Of a stretch of 64,000 nucleotides of DNA, positions 1 to 12,269 are shown in pieces (position 1 is the stretch's first letter; every line of letters begins with the position of its first letter). The position numbers were made by a program, and so were the translations under genes. The notes below the pieces were generated by a model that did no database searches, was not told the origin of the DNA, and saw only the letters and a program-made list of their open reading frames with translations. This DNA comes from Zootoca vivipara (lineage: Eukaryota), in contig NC_083288.1 in assembly GCF_963506605.1 (NCBI RefSeq), positions 40,486,001 through 40,550,000 on the forward strand, written 5' to 3'.

Positions 1-1856
1 AATAACGTCTGAACCCCAAATTCGCAGGTATTTTAAATTAGGGCGTTTTTTAAACAACATTTCATAGGGTGTAACATTTAAACTAGAATGATAGGATCTG
101 TTTTTAACAAAAAGATAGGCATGAAAAGATTCCGCCCAATATTCTTTCCCCAAATTAGCATCATGCAAGTAAGTTTTAACACCTGCCTGCAAATCACGTT
201 GCACTACTTCTACAATCCCATTCTGCCAAGGACTTCTAGGGCAGGACAACTCGTGAACAGCCCCCTGCGCTTCCAGGAAATGTGAAAATTCCTCAGAAAC
301 AAATTCTCCCCCCCTGTCAGAAAACAAATGCTTTATAGGTTTGTTAAAGTGGGTTTTTACCCAGTTGCAAAAAATCTTGTACTTCTCAAGTGCTTGTGAC
401 TTTTCAGCAATGGTGTAAACAAAACAATATCTGCTGTACTGATCAATAAGAGTAAGCCAATATTTTGAATTTCCTAAGGAAGGAGGGAGTGGCCCTACTA
501 AATCACAATGCACACGTTCAAATGGCTCTCTGTCTTTATCACATCTGTGAAATTTAAATGTCCCAAAAGTCTATGCGCCTCATGAATGCATCCGGAGTGA
601 GGCTTTACATTTCTCAGCCCCTGACTTGGCTGGGTTACTCTACAGTTCACAGGTGGCTGTGAATGCTTTTTAAAATATAGTCTATATAAACCTTCAGACT
701 CTCTGGCATACAATACATGCTTTCCCCCTTTGTAGAACTCACATAGTGATTTTGTGAAGCACACAGTTACTCCTTGGCGTGCAAAGCAACTTACTGATAA
801 TAAATTGTCCACTGATGGGCAGTAAGTGCAATTTGCTATTGTGATGTTTAAGGAGTCAAGTTTCACAGTACCTCTGCCAAGCGACTGTAGAACGTCGGAG
901 TTGGCCAGATGAATGGTGCCAATTTCCTCTTCGAAAGAAACAAACAGACTTCAGTCGTTACAAAGATGAATTGACGCCCCGGAATCTACTATAAACGATT
1001 TCCACGTGTCATCTTTAATTACTTTACGACCTAATTCACGAACATGGAACGCTCGCGGCTCACGTCCATCTTTACGATGTGCTGCCGACTGCTGGGTTGC
1101 TGTCTGTGATTTACGAAATGGAACGGACCCTGAAGCATTTTGCTTTTTAAATCTGCAGTCCCTCGCAAGGTGCCCCTGCTTTTTACAAAACCAGCAATGT
1201 TTGGAAGTTTTGAAAGCAGATAAATCACCACAGACTTGCATGCGGCGTTCCTCATTTTTAGAAATAGGAGTGCTAATCCCACAAGCCTCCCTTCTGTCCA
1301 GCTCGCCCATCAATCTTGCTGTTACCCCTTCCACAGTTAATTTTGCTGGAGGTACAGCAGATATCTGACTAGCTATGGCATCATAGTCTTCACCAAGAGA
1401 ACAAAGAATAATAAACACATATTGAATGTCAGTTATATCTACGTCTCTTTGAATTAGTTCGCCGCGTATCGCCTCCAGACGTCTTAAATGTGCTGCCAGG
1501 TCGCCTCCAGGCTGCAGCCTTGTCTGGTACAGGCGTTTAAAAAATGTTAGAGCAGACGCTGACTCCTTTCTAATGTGCACTGCCGTAAGACTGTCCCACA
1601 TTTCTTTGGCAGTTTTCTTGTTTCTTATATACACAACTTGCTGATCACTAACAGACAAGTTAATTAATGCCCTTGCTTTAGCATCACCTTTCGACCAGGC
1701 ATCGGTCATAGGAGCAGGAGGGTCCTCGGTCACGTACTTCCACACATCACGGGAAGTTAGAAGTGCTTCCATGCGAAAGGACCATAAACTGTAGTTCTCG
1801 GCCGTTAGCTGCGGGAATGTTAAAGCCTTTTCAGCCTCAGCAACACGGTCTGCCAT
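1..1856 (-). pseudogene. Copia gag-pol polyprotein, disrupted
   Basis: ATG at 1856 (MADRVAEAEK). In-frame TGA at 953-951 (HLCND*SLF, probably CGA>TGA); the frame continues into the 866-498 ORF. A frameshifting deletion near 530 removes the CxxC half of the integrase HHCC finger; the DDE core then reads open to the window edge. Confidence 0.88.
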
Positions 1857-1983
1857 GCTGGAACTTTTCAACCACCAGCCCACAAAACCGTTGCAGCAGA
1901 AAAGAGGAAAAAACCTTTCTAAACCTTTCTCCAAAAACTAACATGTGCAGTTCCACACTCAACCACTGGGCCCATAACCAAGA

Positions 1984-2303
1984 TGTTAGGGTTAAAAGCA
2001 AAATCAGCAGAAACTGGTTGAGAAACTTACACATAGAGACCAAGACTTAAACAAATGCTTGGTTTAATGGAGAAAGTAAAAATAACAAAAATTAAATTAA
2101 GCTTGCACAAAATACCCGCACAACCAAACCACCCACCAAGAGCACACTGGGAAAACGCCCAGCACAGAGGCAACACACAACACCCCTGATATACCCTGCA
2201 TCATCAGCTTCACAGCAACACCTGTAGAGCTGCTTCACAGCTGCAGAGCCCCAGTCATTAAATCTTTCCTGACTCTTAAAGGTACAGTGAAACAATAATG
2301 ACA
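1984..2303 (-). repeat. Copia 5' LTR (~320 bp)
   Basis: Lies next to the PBS and reads TGTCA...TAACA on the minus strand. The outer boundary is inferred from the terminal TG only; the partner LTR and TSD are outside the window. Confidence 0.6.
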
Positions 2304-2442
2304 CTTTTACACAATCATTCAACTCCATGGGTGACTCCTGTTCACACGTCTGTCAAAACACTCCTTCATTCATACAAGAACTGGATTACACAGGGGAGCC
2401 TAGTCACCGTGAAACTTGCTGCAAATGGTAACCAGTTATGTA

Positions 2443-2695
2443 CAGTCACACCTCGGGTTACAGTCGCTTCAGGTTGCGTCTTTTCGGGTTGCGCTCTGCG
2501 GTGAACCGAGAAGTACCGGAATGGGTTACTTGCCGGTTTTGGCATGCGTGCATGTGCAGAAGCACTAAATAGCACTTTGCGCATGTGCAGAAGCGCTGAA
2601 TTGCGACCCGCGTGTGCGCAGATGTGGATTGCGAATGCTGCGGGTTGCGAACGTGCTTCCCGCACGGATCACGTTCGAAACCCGAGTGTCCACTG
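2443..2695. mobile_element. Tc1/mariner-type MITE
   Basis: Imperfect TIRs cagtcacacctcgggtt / aacccgagtgtccactg, with TA on both sides (2441-2442, 2696-2697). Confidence 0.8.
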
Positions 2696-3016
2696 TATTT
2701 AACTTTTCATCTTTTAGGAGCCAGGCCACTGCAACGGGAAGAAATACCTTAATACTGGGTTAGGAGCTGTTGGGATCTGTGGTGAGCCACTGAGCTGCAG
2801 GTAACAGCTTCTCAGTGATGCACCCTGAGGTCCTAGACTCACTCCTTATTTCCAGGCCACTGGATCCTGCATGGCAGGAAGACATATAACTGGCTTCTTA
2901 TTTCAACAGAACTTTGCTCAAGCAACATGGTCTTCCACATCTCTGGAATATTCTTGTACCCTTAGTTGTACTATTATACTATCCCCATGACTTTCCTCCA
3001 GGCCACAGTTTTGGTT

Positions 3017-3245
3017 GGCCCTCGGTCCAGTATACCTGAAGGAGTATACTGGACCCCCATCGTTCTGCCCGGACACTGAGGTCCAGTGCCAAGGGCCTTC
3101 TGGTGGTTCCCTCGCTGCGAGAAGCCAAGTTACAGGGAACCAGGCAGAGGGACTTCTCGGTAGTGGCGCCTGCCCTGTGGAACACCCTCCCACCAGATGT
3201 CAAAGAGAAAAACAACTACCAGACTTTTAGAATACATCTGAAGGC
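3017..3245 (+). mobile_element. L2-clade LINE 3' fragment (left part, interrupted by L1)
   Basis: Encodes an L2 ORF2 C-terminus ([32 protein letters not shown]); continues at 10097-10276; same family as 53760-54150. Confidence 0.85.
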
Positions 3246-4897
3246 GACTTCCAGCGAGGCACTCTCACGAGGCAGATCAGGGAAATTTTCTCCGCTCCTG
3301 GCTGGGGACTAGGGGGGCAGTTTCGGCGGACCCCTGCCCCCCAGAAAAGGTCTGAGAGGACAGTTCAGACCAGAGGTGACCAGAGCAGCGCAAAAAATGA
3401 GGGTTTTTTTGAATTCCCGGCACTGAAAAGTGGAAGGGAAAAGAAGACCCCCCCAGCACATGGAAGAAGGGCCGCCTCAGCCAAGTGACGCCGCGACGAT
3501 CTGGTGAGTGGTGCTGAACTCTCCGTTTCTAAGGCTGCGCATAGCTGACCCCCAAATAAGGCTATAAACATCAATAAACACTAATAAGAGACTTAATTAA
3601 GAAGCGGAAATACAATATAAGAGAACAAAAGGGGGCAGAGATAAGATTGAACCAAGAGAAAGCGGTGGCTGAAATAAAAGATTTAAAGCATACCGGAGCT
3701 CCGTGTTTACTCGATGGGCTGGAGTGCAGGAAAGATCTTCATATCGGTAAATACATACTTTTTATAACGCTGTGTGCAGAAGTCCAAAAACCGGGAGGAC
3801 AAAGTAAGCGACTGCCTAGGGAGAGCATTAAGCGGAGGAGGGGATTTAAATCCCCAGCGCTTAAAGAGAACTGCGTTGAAAAAACTGTGTTTTAAAAACA
3901 AAACAAAAATAAAAATCCCAGGCAGAGAAACTAATAGCCAAATATATACAAAACAAAGGAACTGTGAGATTGCAGGGGAGGCTGAAATACAAGTTAAAAT
4001 ACACGCGTACCATAGCAAAAGGCAGAAAACAAGAGCGGGAACGGCGGTGGGAGAGAGAAAGAACGAGAGGGCTTTTGAAAATAAAACCAAAATGCAATAA
4101 AAGGAGAGCTAAAAAGAGAAGCAAGAGGAGGAGAAAGAAGACGGGATCGAAGAGGGGAGAAATCAGGAATACGAGGGAGAGCGCAGGAGAGCGCCGAGAA
4201 AATAAATAAATAAATAAATAAAGGATTAATGGCGATGAAAGAGAGTTAAAAAGTGCTGAGCACACTTCCGCCTTCTTCTTGCTTAGAGGAACGATAGAGT
4301 TTATACATACTACAGACGTGGAAGGAAAACACAGTGGCGTCTAGTGTACGCAATAGGAATCTCACAGAAACTTGGAGAAACGCTCTCACAGAGACACCCA
4401 GTGGAGGGACAAGGGAACTGAATGAGCTGTAAAATGAATTGAATGTATTGAATCTAATGTATTGAATGTATCTCTCTCTCTTCTTTTTATATATATCGGA
4501 ATGAAAAGGATGAATTAAGAGTGTGATTACCCCTAAACTCCCAGGAATCAAGGTGTATAATTAAATGTGTATAATTAAGAATTTTAACTGATAAAAAGGA
4601 AAATTATTTTATTTTTATAAAATTAAAAGTTTGAAAGGTTAATTAGATTGGATCAATTAGATTGGATAATTAGATTGGATTAATTAAAGATTATTTAATC
4701 AATTAATCAATTAATGATAGAGATCAGTTAATTAAATTTGTGGTTTGATTTAAGGTGGGATATTGTGTGTTTTAGCTGCAGGGGGGATTTTGATACCTTC
4801 AAAAAGGGGGGAAGGATAAGGTGGTATTTAATTAATCAATATAGGGTGGGGACAGCAATTGATTAATTCTGTACATTGTGTATATAGAGGAAGAACC

Positions 4898-5887
4898 ATG
4901 ACATCAACCAAAAAAGGACAATCTCAAATGACAATCCCAGCAGCTCTGGCGAGAAGACAATCCACTCCGGAAATGGACCTTAATGCAGATATTAGAGAAC
5001 TGATAATAAACATGAATAAAACATTGAATGACAAATTGGACAATATGGGACTCAAAATAGAACAGAATTCTAAATTAATTGAACAAAATTCGAAAATAAT
5101 TACGGACTTATCAGGACAGATAAAGGATTTAACAATCAAAAATATGGAGACTGAAAAATCAGTGGTGGAAGTAAATACAAAAGTGATGAAACAAGAGGAG
5201 ATGATGAAAGACATTACAAAGAAAATCCAGCAAGAGAACAGAGATTTAAAGAAATACCAAGATACCACTAATGTGGGAATGAGTCAATTGAAGCAGGCCC
5301 AGGAAGAAATCCTGGACCAAATTGCGATTTTGGAAATGTATCAGAGGGAGTTAATTTTGAGATTTAGGGGCGTTCCGGAGGTGCAGGGAGAGGACATCAT
5401 GAGTAAATTGATAAAAGAACTAGCGGAATGGCTAGGTGTAAAAGAAGAAGATCTGATCATGGATGTGGATAAAATATTTAGAGTAAGACCGGAGGGGAAA
5501 AAACAATATAGGGGTCCAGGAGATTGTCTGGTGTATCTGAATTCCAGATTGCTAAAGGATAAGATATTGCAAAAACGGAGATTGAGAATAGATGGCCACA
5601 ATGTAATTATATATAAAGAAATTCCAAAGCGCATCTTGAAGAAGAGGGAAAAATATAAGGATTTAACAGATGCGCTGAAATTGAAAGGTATCAGATTCAA
5701 ATGGCTAGTCCCGGAAGGTCTGTCCTTCACCATTAAAGATACAAGGAAGGTTATCAGATCAGTGGACACGATGGAGAAGGTTAGAAGAACATACAAAAAG
5801 GAACTGGGGGAGGAGGGGGATCCGGAAAGAGAGGAAGAGGAAGGAGTAGGAGAGGAGGAGGTAGAGAGATTGGGGGAAACAACGTAA
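4898..5887 (+). CDS. L1 ORF1p (coiled coil, RRM/CTD-like region, acidic tail), open frame
   Basis: ATG at 4898 in ACCATG context. Heptad-rich N-half, LRFRGVPE and FKWLVPEGL segments typical of L1 ORF1; lies just upstream of ORF2. Confidence 0.85.
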   Translation: MTSTKKGQSQMTIPAALARRQSTPEMDLNADIRELIINMNKTLNDKLDNMGLKIEQNSKLIEQNSKIITDLSGQIKDLTIKNMETEKSVVEVNTKVMKQEEMMKDITKKIQQENRDLKKYQDTTNVGMSQLKQAQEEILDQIAILEMYQRELILRFRGVPEVQGEDIMSKLIKELAEWLGVKEEDLIMDVDKIFRVRPEGKKQYRGPGDCLVYLNSRLLKDKILQKRRLRIDGHNVIIYKEIPKRILKKREKYKDLTDALKLKGIRFKWLVPEGLSFTIKDTRKVIRSVDTMEKVRRTYKKELGEEGDPEREEEEGVGEEEVERLGETT

Positions 5888-6016
5888 AACGAACATAAAA
5901 CGAAGAACCATTTTATAATTGACTTTGCTTTTTTTTGGTTTAGAATTTCTGTTGGTGACTCTGTAAGGTAATCAAATAAAGTGATTAAATATCTTCGATT
6001 GTAGTGAGTATAAGAA

Positions 6017-9000
6017 ATGGAGCTTAGAATAATATCCTGGAATGTAAATGGTCTGAATGATAAGAAAAAAAGAAACAAAATAGAACATATATTAAAAAAG
6101 AAAAAATGGGATGTGATCTGTCTGCAAGAGACACATATCGCACAAAAACATGAAAGGATTTTGATTAACAAAAGATTGGGGGAAGAATATATAACTTCAG
6201 ATAAGGTAAAAAAAAGGGGAGTTGTCATGTATATAAATCCCAAATTAAAAGCTGAATGTAAATTTAAAAATCAAGAGGGAAGGATATTGGGGGTACAAGT
6301 AACTAAAGAAAATAAGAAATTACTCCTAGTAGGAATATATGCCCCAAATGGGAACCAAGGACCCTTTTTTGAGAAATTGCAAAAGAAATTAGCTGATTAT
6401 AACAATGATGACATGATATTAATGGGGGATTGGAATGGGGTGACATCAGTAGAGTGGGACAGATCCCCAAACAATGCTAAATCAAGATTAAAATCAGGAA
6501 GGTTACCAGTGGCCTTTTTCCAATTGGTGGACGATCACGGATTGGAGGATGCATGGAGGGTGAAAAATGATAAAGTGCGACAGTATACATTCTATTCGGA
6601 GGCTAACAAATCTTGCAGCAGAATCGATGCCATATGGGTCTCAAAAATTTTAATGACAAAAATTTCTAAAGTAGAAATAATGCCAAAATCCATCACAGAT
6701 CATAATCCGATAAAGCTGGAGTTAAAAGGGAGTAATAGAAGGAATAAAAGTTGGAGGATGAATGAGTGGTTATTAAATGATGAAAAAATAGTAAAAGAGG
6801 CACAAAAAAGAATGAAGGAATATTTTGAAATAAATATGACTCAAGATATAGATATAAGAACGGTTTGGGATGCGGGGAAAGCATACATAAGGGGCTTCTA
6901 CATTCAACAGAATATAATACAGAAAAGAGCGAAGGAGTTTAAGTTAAAACAGATACAGAAAGAGATAGAACTAAATGAGGGGCTATTAAACAAGAATCCA
7001 AGGGATAAGGAATTAAAAAACAAAGCCAAATTATTGCAGTCTCAACTATCTACACTTTTGTCGGAGGAGTTAGAGAATAAATTAAAGTGGATGAAGCAAA
7101 AAACATTTGAAAGCGGGAACAGGCTAGGAAAACTACTCGCTTGGCAAATAAAGAAAAAACAGAAAGAAAGATATGTGAACAAAATAGTATATGAAGGGCA
7201 GGCATTAGATACAGAGGAGAAAATTAAAGAGGGTTTTTTGAAATTCTTTAAAGGATTATATAACAAAGGCCAGGAAACAGAACAAGAGGTAACGAAATAT
7301 CTACAAGGGAAGAAAATCCCCATGGTAAGTCAGGAAAAGATGAAGTATTTAAATGGAGGTACACCAGGCAATTGCAAAGATGAAAATAGGAAAGGCACCT
7401 GGCCCGGACGGGCTAGCTGCGGTACATTATAAAAAGTTGAGGAATCGCTAGTGTTGCCACTGAAAATCCTAATGAACAAAATTATGAAAGAAGGCTCAAT
7501 TCCAGAATCCTGGCAAGAAGCCTCTATTACACTAATACACAAACCAGGAACGGATGGAGAATTGGTAAACAACTACAGACCCATTTCTCTGTTAAACAAT
7601 GACTACAAGATCTTTGCGGGAATCCTAGCTAATAGATTAAAAAGGGTTATGAAAGATGTAATAAATACAGATCAGTCAGGGTTCCTGCCAGGAAGATATA
7701 TAAAAACCAACATGAGAGTACTTATTGATTTAATAGAATACTTGGAACTTAGACCCAGCAAAAGGGCGGGTTTTGTATTGGTGGACGCGGAAAAAGCATT
7801 TGATAGCCTATCAAGATGCTTTCTTTATAAGGTTTTGGAGATGGCAAGGCTAGGGGAAGATTATTGTAGGGGAGTTAAAGCAATATATCAAAAGCAAATC
7901 GCAAATATAATTATAAATGGAGATAAAACAGATGGGTTTGTAGTGGAAAAAGGAACTAGGCAGGGGTGTCCTCTTTCACCGATATTGTTTATTTTATCAT
8001 TGGAAGTACTGTTGAATCAGATAAGGGCTGAAGAGGAAATTACTGGAATAACATTAGGAAAGGAAATTTTTTAAGTGAGAGCCTTCGCGGATGACATCCT
8101 AATAACTACAGAAGATCCAGAGAAGAGCATTAGCAAAGCATTGGAGGTAATCAGAAAGTTTGGGGAAGTATCGGGATTCAAATTAAATAAAGAAAAAACC
8201 AAATTATTAATAAAAAATGTACAGGAAAAAGACCAAAAGAAATTAGAAGAGGTGGTGGGGTTAAAAATTGTGAATAAAGCTAAATATTTGGGAATAGATA
8301 TCACTATGAAGAATATCAATTTATTTAAAAATAATTATGAGAGAGTTTGGAGGGAAGTTAAAAGAGATTTGGATAGGTGGAACAAATTGCAATTATCATT
8401 GTGGGGAAGGGTTTCAGTTATCAAAATGAACATATTACCAAAAATGCTTTATCTATTCCAAACTATACCGGTTATAATAAAAGAGGATTGCTTTGACATC
8501 TGGAGGAAAGACATAACTAAATTTATATGGCAGGGGAAAAAACCTCGTATAAAATTTAAATTGTTGACACAAAAGAAGGAAAAGGGGGGGCTCTCATTAC
8601 CAAATTTAAGATTATATTATGAGGCAGAATGCTTAATATGGATGCGGGATTGGATGAAATTAGAAAATACAAAAATTTTGGATCTTGAGAGCTTTAACTC
8701 TAGCTAGGGTTGGCACACATACCTGAATTATGGAAAAGCTAAAATAAATAAAGAATTCACCAACCATATACTAAGAGGGGCATTATACAAGGTATGGGTC
8801 AAATATAAAAGGTATATTGAATTGAAAACGCCGTCGTGGATCTCTCCCATAGAGGCTTATGCAATTAAAAAATTAACTACTGAGAGAAAATGGCCTGTAT
8901 ATAAACAGTTAATAGAAGAGCACCAAGAGGAGTATAAATTAAAGTCATATGAAGAATTAAAATGTTATGGTATCAGTAATTGGCAGTATATACAGTTGGT

Positions 9001-9724
9001 CAGTATATTTAGAGCAGATTTGAAAGAGAAGTCATTCAAAATAAAAGCAATCTGCTATCCAGAACATATAATCTTCTACTGGTGTGGGATTTATTTCAAG
9101 AAGAGACAACAGAATCTATGATTAAATGGTCCCAGGATCTCGGTCAGACAATACAAATTGACCAATGGGAGAAATTGTGGAAGCAGGATATAAGATTTAC
9201 GGCTTCTTATAATATAAAAGAAAATTTTATCAAAATGTATCATAGGTGGTATTTAACACCTGTAAAGATGGCCAAAGTATATAAATTAAAAAATAATTTA
9301 TGCTGGAGATGCAATGGGGAACCTGGCACATTTATACATATGTGGTGGACGTGTCAAGAAATAAAAAAGTTTTGGTTAATGATTCATGAAGAATTAAAGA
9401 AAATGATGAAAAAAATCGATAAAGAAAAAACCAGAGATCTACCTATTAGGTTTATTAAGTGAAGAGATCCCCCAAAAGAATAAGACAGTGTTCTTGTATG
9501 CGTGCACAGCAGCCAGGGTTCTAATAGCTACATATTGGAAGACATCCAAAATACCAACAAAAGAAGAGTGGATAAACAAGCTTAGTGAGTATCTATTAAT
9601 GGCCAAGCTGACAGCAGCCTTGAGAAATCAACCGAAACTAAAATTAAGAAGCGAATGGGAAAGTTATGATGAATACATAAAAAAAAATTTTCTAAAAGAG
9701 GGCATGCTCACATGCTTAGAATAA
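6017..9724 (+). pseudogene. L1 ORF2p (APE endonuclease, RT, C-terminal CCHC), disrupted
   Basis: Motifs SWNVNGL, LQETH, GDWN, TDHNP, KAPGPDG, YRPISLLN, QGCPLSP, FADD, CWRC..HMWWTC. Stops at 8072 and 8705; frameshifts near 7356, 7435, 9045 and 9415. Confidence 0.95.
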
Positions 9725-10096
9725 AAAGATATGAAGGGATATAAAAGATAAAGAGTGGAGATATAAGATAAGAGTGACAGAGGAATACAGGAAAGACAGA
9801 ATGCATGCAGAGAATATATGTAAGTGATGGATTATATTTATAAAATTGAAACTGAAGTGAAAACAGAAGTCGGGTAAATAAAGGAGGGAAGTTTGTGGGG
9901 GAGGGGGGAAGGTGATGAGGGGTGATTGGTATTTGGTGAAATTTTTGTTGGTTTGTTTGCTTTTATCGTTACTATTATTATTTATGGATATTACGGATTA
10001 TTCTTTATGTTCATTGGTTTATAGATTATTTGTTTATTGTTTATGTTGAATTGTATAAAGATTGATGCTCAATAAAAACTTATTTTTTTAAAAAAA

Positions 10097-10219
10097 TAGA
10101 ATACATCTGAAGGCACCCCTGTTTAGGGAAGCTTTTAATGTTTAACAGACTATTGTATTTTAATATTTTGTTGGACGCCACCCAGAGTGGCTGGGGAAAC
10201 CCAGCCAGATGGGCGGGGT

Positions 10220-10262
<43 letters not shown>

Positions 10263-10276
10263 GTAATAGTAATAAT
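10097..10276 (+). mobile_element. L2 LINE 3' end (right part) with (TAA)n tail
   Basis: Resumes the L2 sequence after the L1 TSD and ends gccagatgggcggggta followed by a TAA microsatellite. Confidence 0.85.
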
Positions 10277-11299
10277 ATGCTCTGCATCCGCTTTGAATGC
10301 TGTTTCCAGACTCAAGTTTGTTCTTGAACAGTGATAATCTCTGTTGTTTGCCTGCATGGATGTGTCTGTATTCAAAACCTTTGATTGCATTGCTGGAATG
10401 CAGCAGACTGCAGAAAGTTCAAAGTCCCATCAGTTGCTCTGCCTATTTTTCGCCTCTCGCCACTGCAGTCATGGGAAGGTTTCTCACAAGGGGAAATAGT
10501 CCTTGTGTGAAAAGAAGTTCTTTCTCCTTGTGTTCTAGAAATGCCCTTAAAGTGTGCTTTCATATCCCCTGTGGAATGCGAGGGAAATAATGAGTCAGAA
10601 GGAAGAATTGCTTGAGGGGAAGAAATACAAGCAGTTTCCCTTTCTTGAGACCATTAAGGAGATTGAAGCCTAAAGAAGACTGGCGAAGCTTGGAGAAGTC
10701 CTTTTGCAGTAAGCGAGAGCCGCACTTCTAAGACCAGGAAGATGAAAATTGCACCCTGGAGGATATAGTAGCAGACAAAAAGATCGGGCTGGTGAAGGAT
10801 CTGGAAATTAGGGACAGAACTGGGAAAGAAAGGAAGTTGTTGAAGGAAGATATAGCTAATGGCTCCATAAGGAGATAATGTCACAGGAACCCATGGCAAA
10901 AGCAGGCAGGAATGGATATTTACAGATTGTGAGTGAATCATTTGGAGGGCTTTGAAAAATGCACAGCCTTGTTTTGTCACCGCCTGTGCCTCTCATCCCA
11001 TTTGCATCTGTCTAAGGCATTTGTGCTTTTTTTGACTTCTGGTGAAATTTATCTTCAATCTTCTCCACAAAGTACATCTGAGCAGGAAAGGACAACTAAG
11101 AACCTCTATCCCCCCCCACATGCTTTTCATTTCCTTGTGTAATGGTTAAGATCTTGAGGTATGAGCTGAAGTCAAGCACATCAGGCAAAGACATGGGAAA
11201 AGAACTCTGATGTGGGTGAGTTTCTCCCCCTACACTCCAAGATCCAATCATCAACCATATTAAGATGCAGAAAGTCTTACCATCTTCCCACCTGTCCTC

Positions 11300-11480
11300 C
11301 AAAGAGCTCAAGGTGATATGCATGGCTCTTCCTCTCTCGATAGTATCCTGACAACAATTCTGTGCAGTAGGTTAGACCGAGAGTTGGTGACTGGCCTAAG
11401 GTCACCAGTGAGTTTAATAGCTGAATGGGGATTTGAAACCTGGGCTCTCAGGTCCTAGCCCAACACTACACCACTGGCTC
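11300..11480 (-). mobile_element. MIR/Ther1-related (Squam3-like) tRNA SINE remnant
   Basis: tRNA B-box-like segment (complement of ggggatttgaaacc) with a MIR-like core. Similar copies at ~15660-15815 (+) and ~27560-27735 (-). Boundaries approximate. Confidence 0.55.
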
Positions 11481-12269
11481 CATATGTGGTGGAGAACGGT
11501 GTTTGTGTGGCTTGAGAAGGGAATGCAGAATTAGTTGGAATCCATGACTGGGAAGGACTCAGCTGTAGACTTTCCTTGAAAGGAAGGACATATATGGTGA
11601 ATGAAGAGTCAAGGGTGAAAGAGGATCTTGATGAAATGGAACAAACTAGCATAGAGCAGACCGCATTATGTGATCTGATGTTTGGGTGGTCCTGACTTCC
11701 AAGTTTTTTGCTTCCAATCTTGTAAACAGGGCTGGACATTCTTCCACAGCAAGTAAGGTTGAATTCTGCAGCCTCTGTTAATCAAGTACATTTGTGGCTG
11801 CTTGATAATTTTTGGGTAGGTTATTTAACTACTGCTAGTTATGGGGAGGGTAGAGTGTCTCAGTTAGGTACAGAGCAAACCAGGTGGGTTGGCCAATGGA
11901 ATGATTCTGAACATGAGCTCATTTTGTTTGTCTTCTAGGACACGGACCTTGAATAATTCTACATTATGTTAACCCACTTACTCATTCCTTTGATATGCAG
12001 TCAGAGCCTATGCAATGCAAGTGTTGAACCACGACACAGTCCTATTCATAGCTGAAGGCTTGCCTTCTCTCTTCTCCAGTCCCACACTCATTCTCTTAAA
12101 AGTGTCATGCTGTTGGACTCCAACTCCTATCATCCCCAAACAACTTGGCCAATTGTCAGGGCTGATAAAAGTTGTAGTTCAGGAGTATTTGGAGAGTTAC
12201 AGGTTCTTTGCCCCTGGTCTAGGTTACGTTCATATGTTCACATGATCTTCCTAGGTTCAAGCTACTACC

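Larger units (their letters stand above)
1..2303 (-). mobile_element. Ty1/Copia LTR retrotransposon, 5' part (5' LTR, PBS, gag, protease, integrase); degraded; continues off the left edge
   Basis: Minus-strand domain order gag (CWFCKKQGHLARDC zinc knuckle), protease (FIVDSGASIHLC), integrase (HRLLGH, HCDLVGP, LIDQYSRY, SDRGGEF, NGIVE) is Copia order. PBS GGTTATGGGCCCAG at 1979-1966. Confidence 0.93.
3246..10096 (+). mobile_element. Full-length L1 LINE (~6.85 kb)
   Basis: TSD (t)agaatacatctgaaggc at 3228-3245 and 10097-10114. ~1.65-kb 5' UTR, ORF1, ORF2, G-rich 3' UTR, AATAAA at 10071 and a short A tail. Confidence 0.96.

Noticed and set aside
3647-4551. Several short ORFs in the L1 5' UTR (possible ORF0)
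   Set aside because: Low-complexity K/R or F/L products, mostly non-ATG starts, with no independent support.
4898-5887. L1 ORF1 intact while ORF2 has about six lesions (possible domestication)
   Set aside because: At ORF2's lesion density only 1-2 hits are expected in 1 kb, so zero is compatible with chance.
5341-6243. 300-aa antisense ORF over L1 ORF1/ORF2
   Set aside because: Shadow of an A-rich coding strand (F/S/L/I-rich low complexity); no recognisable domain.
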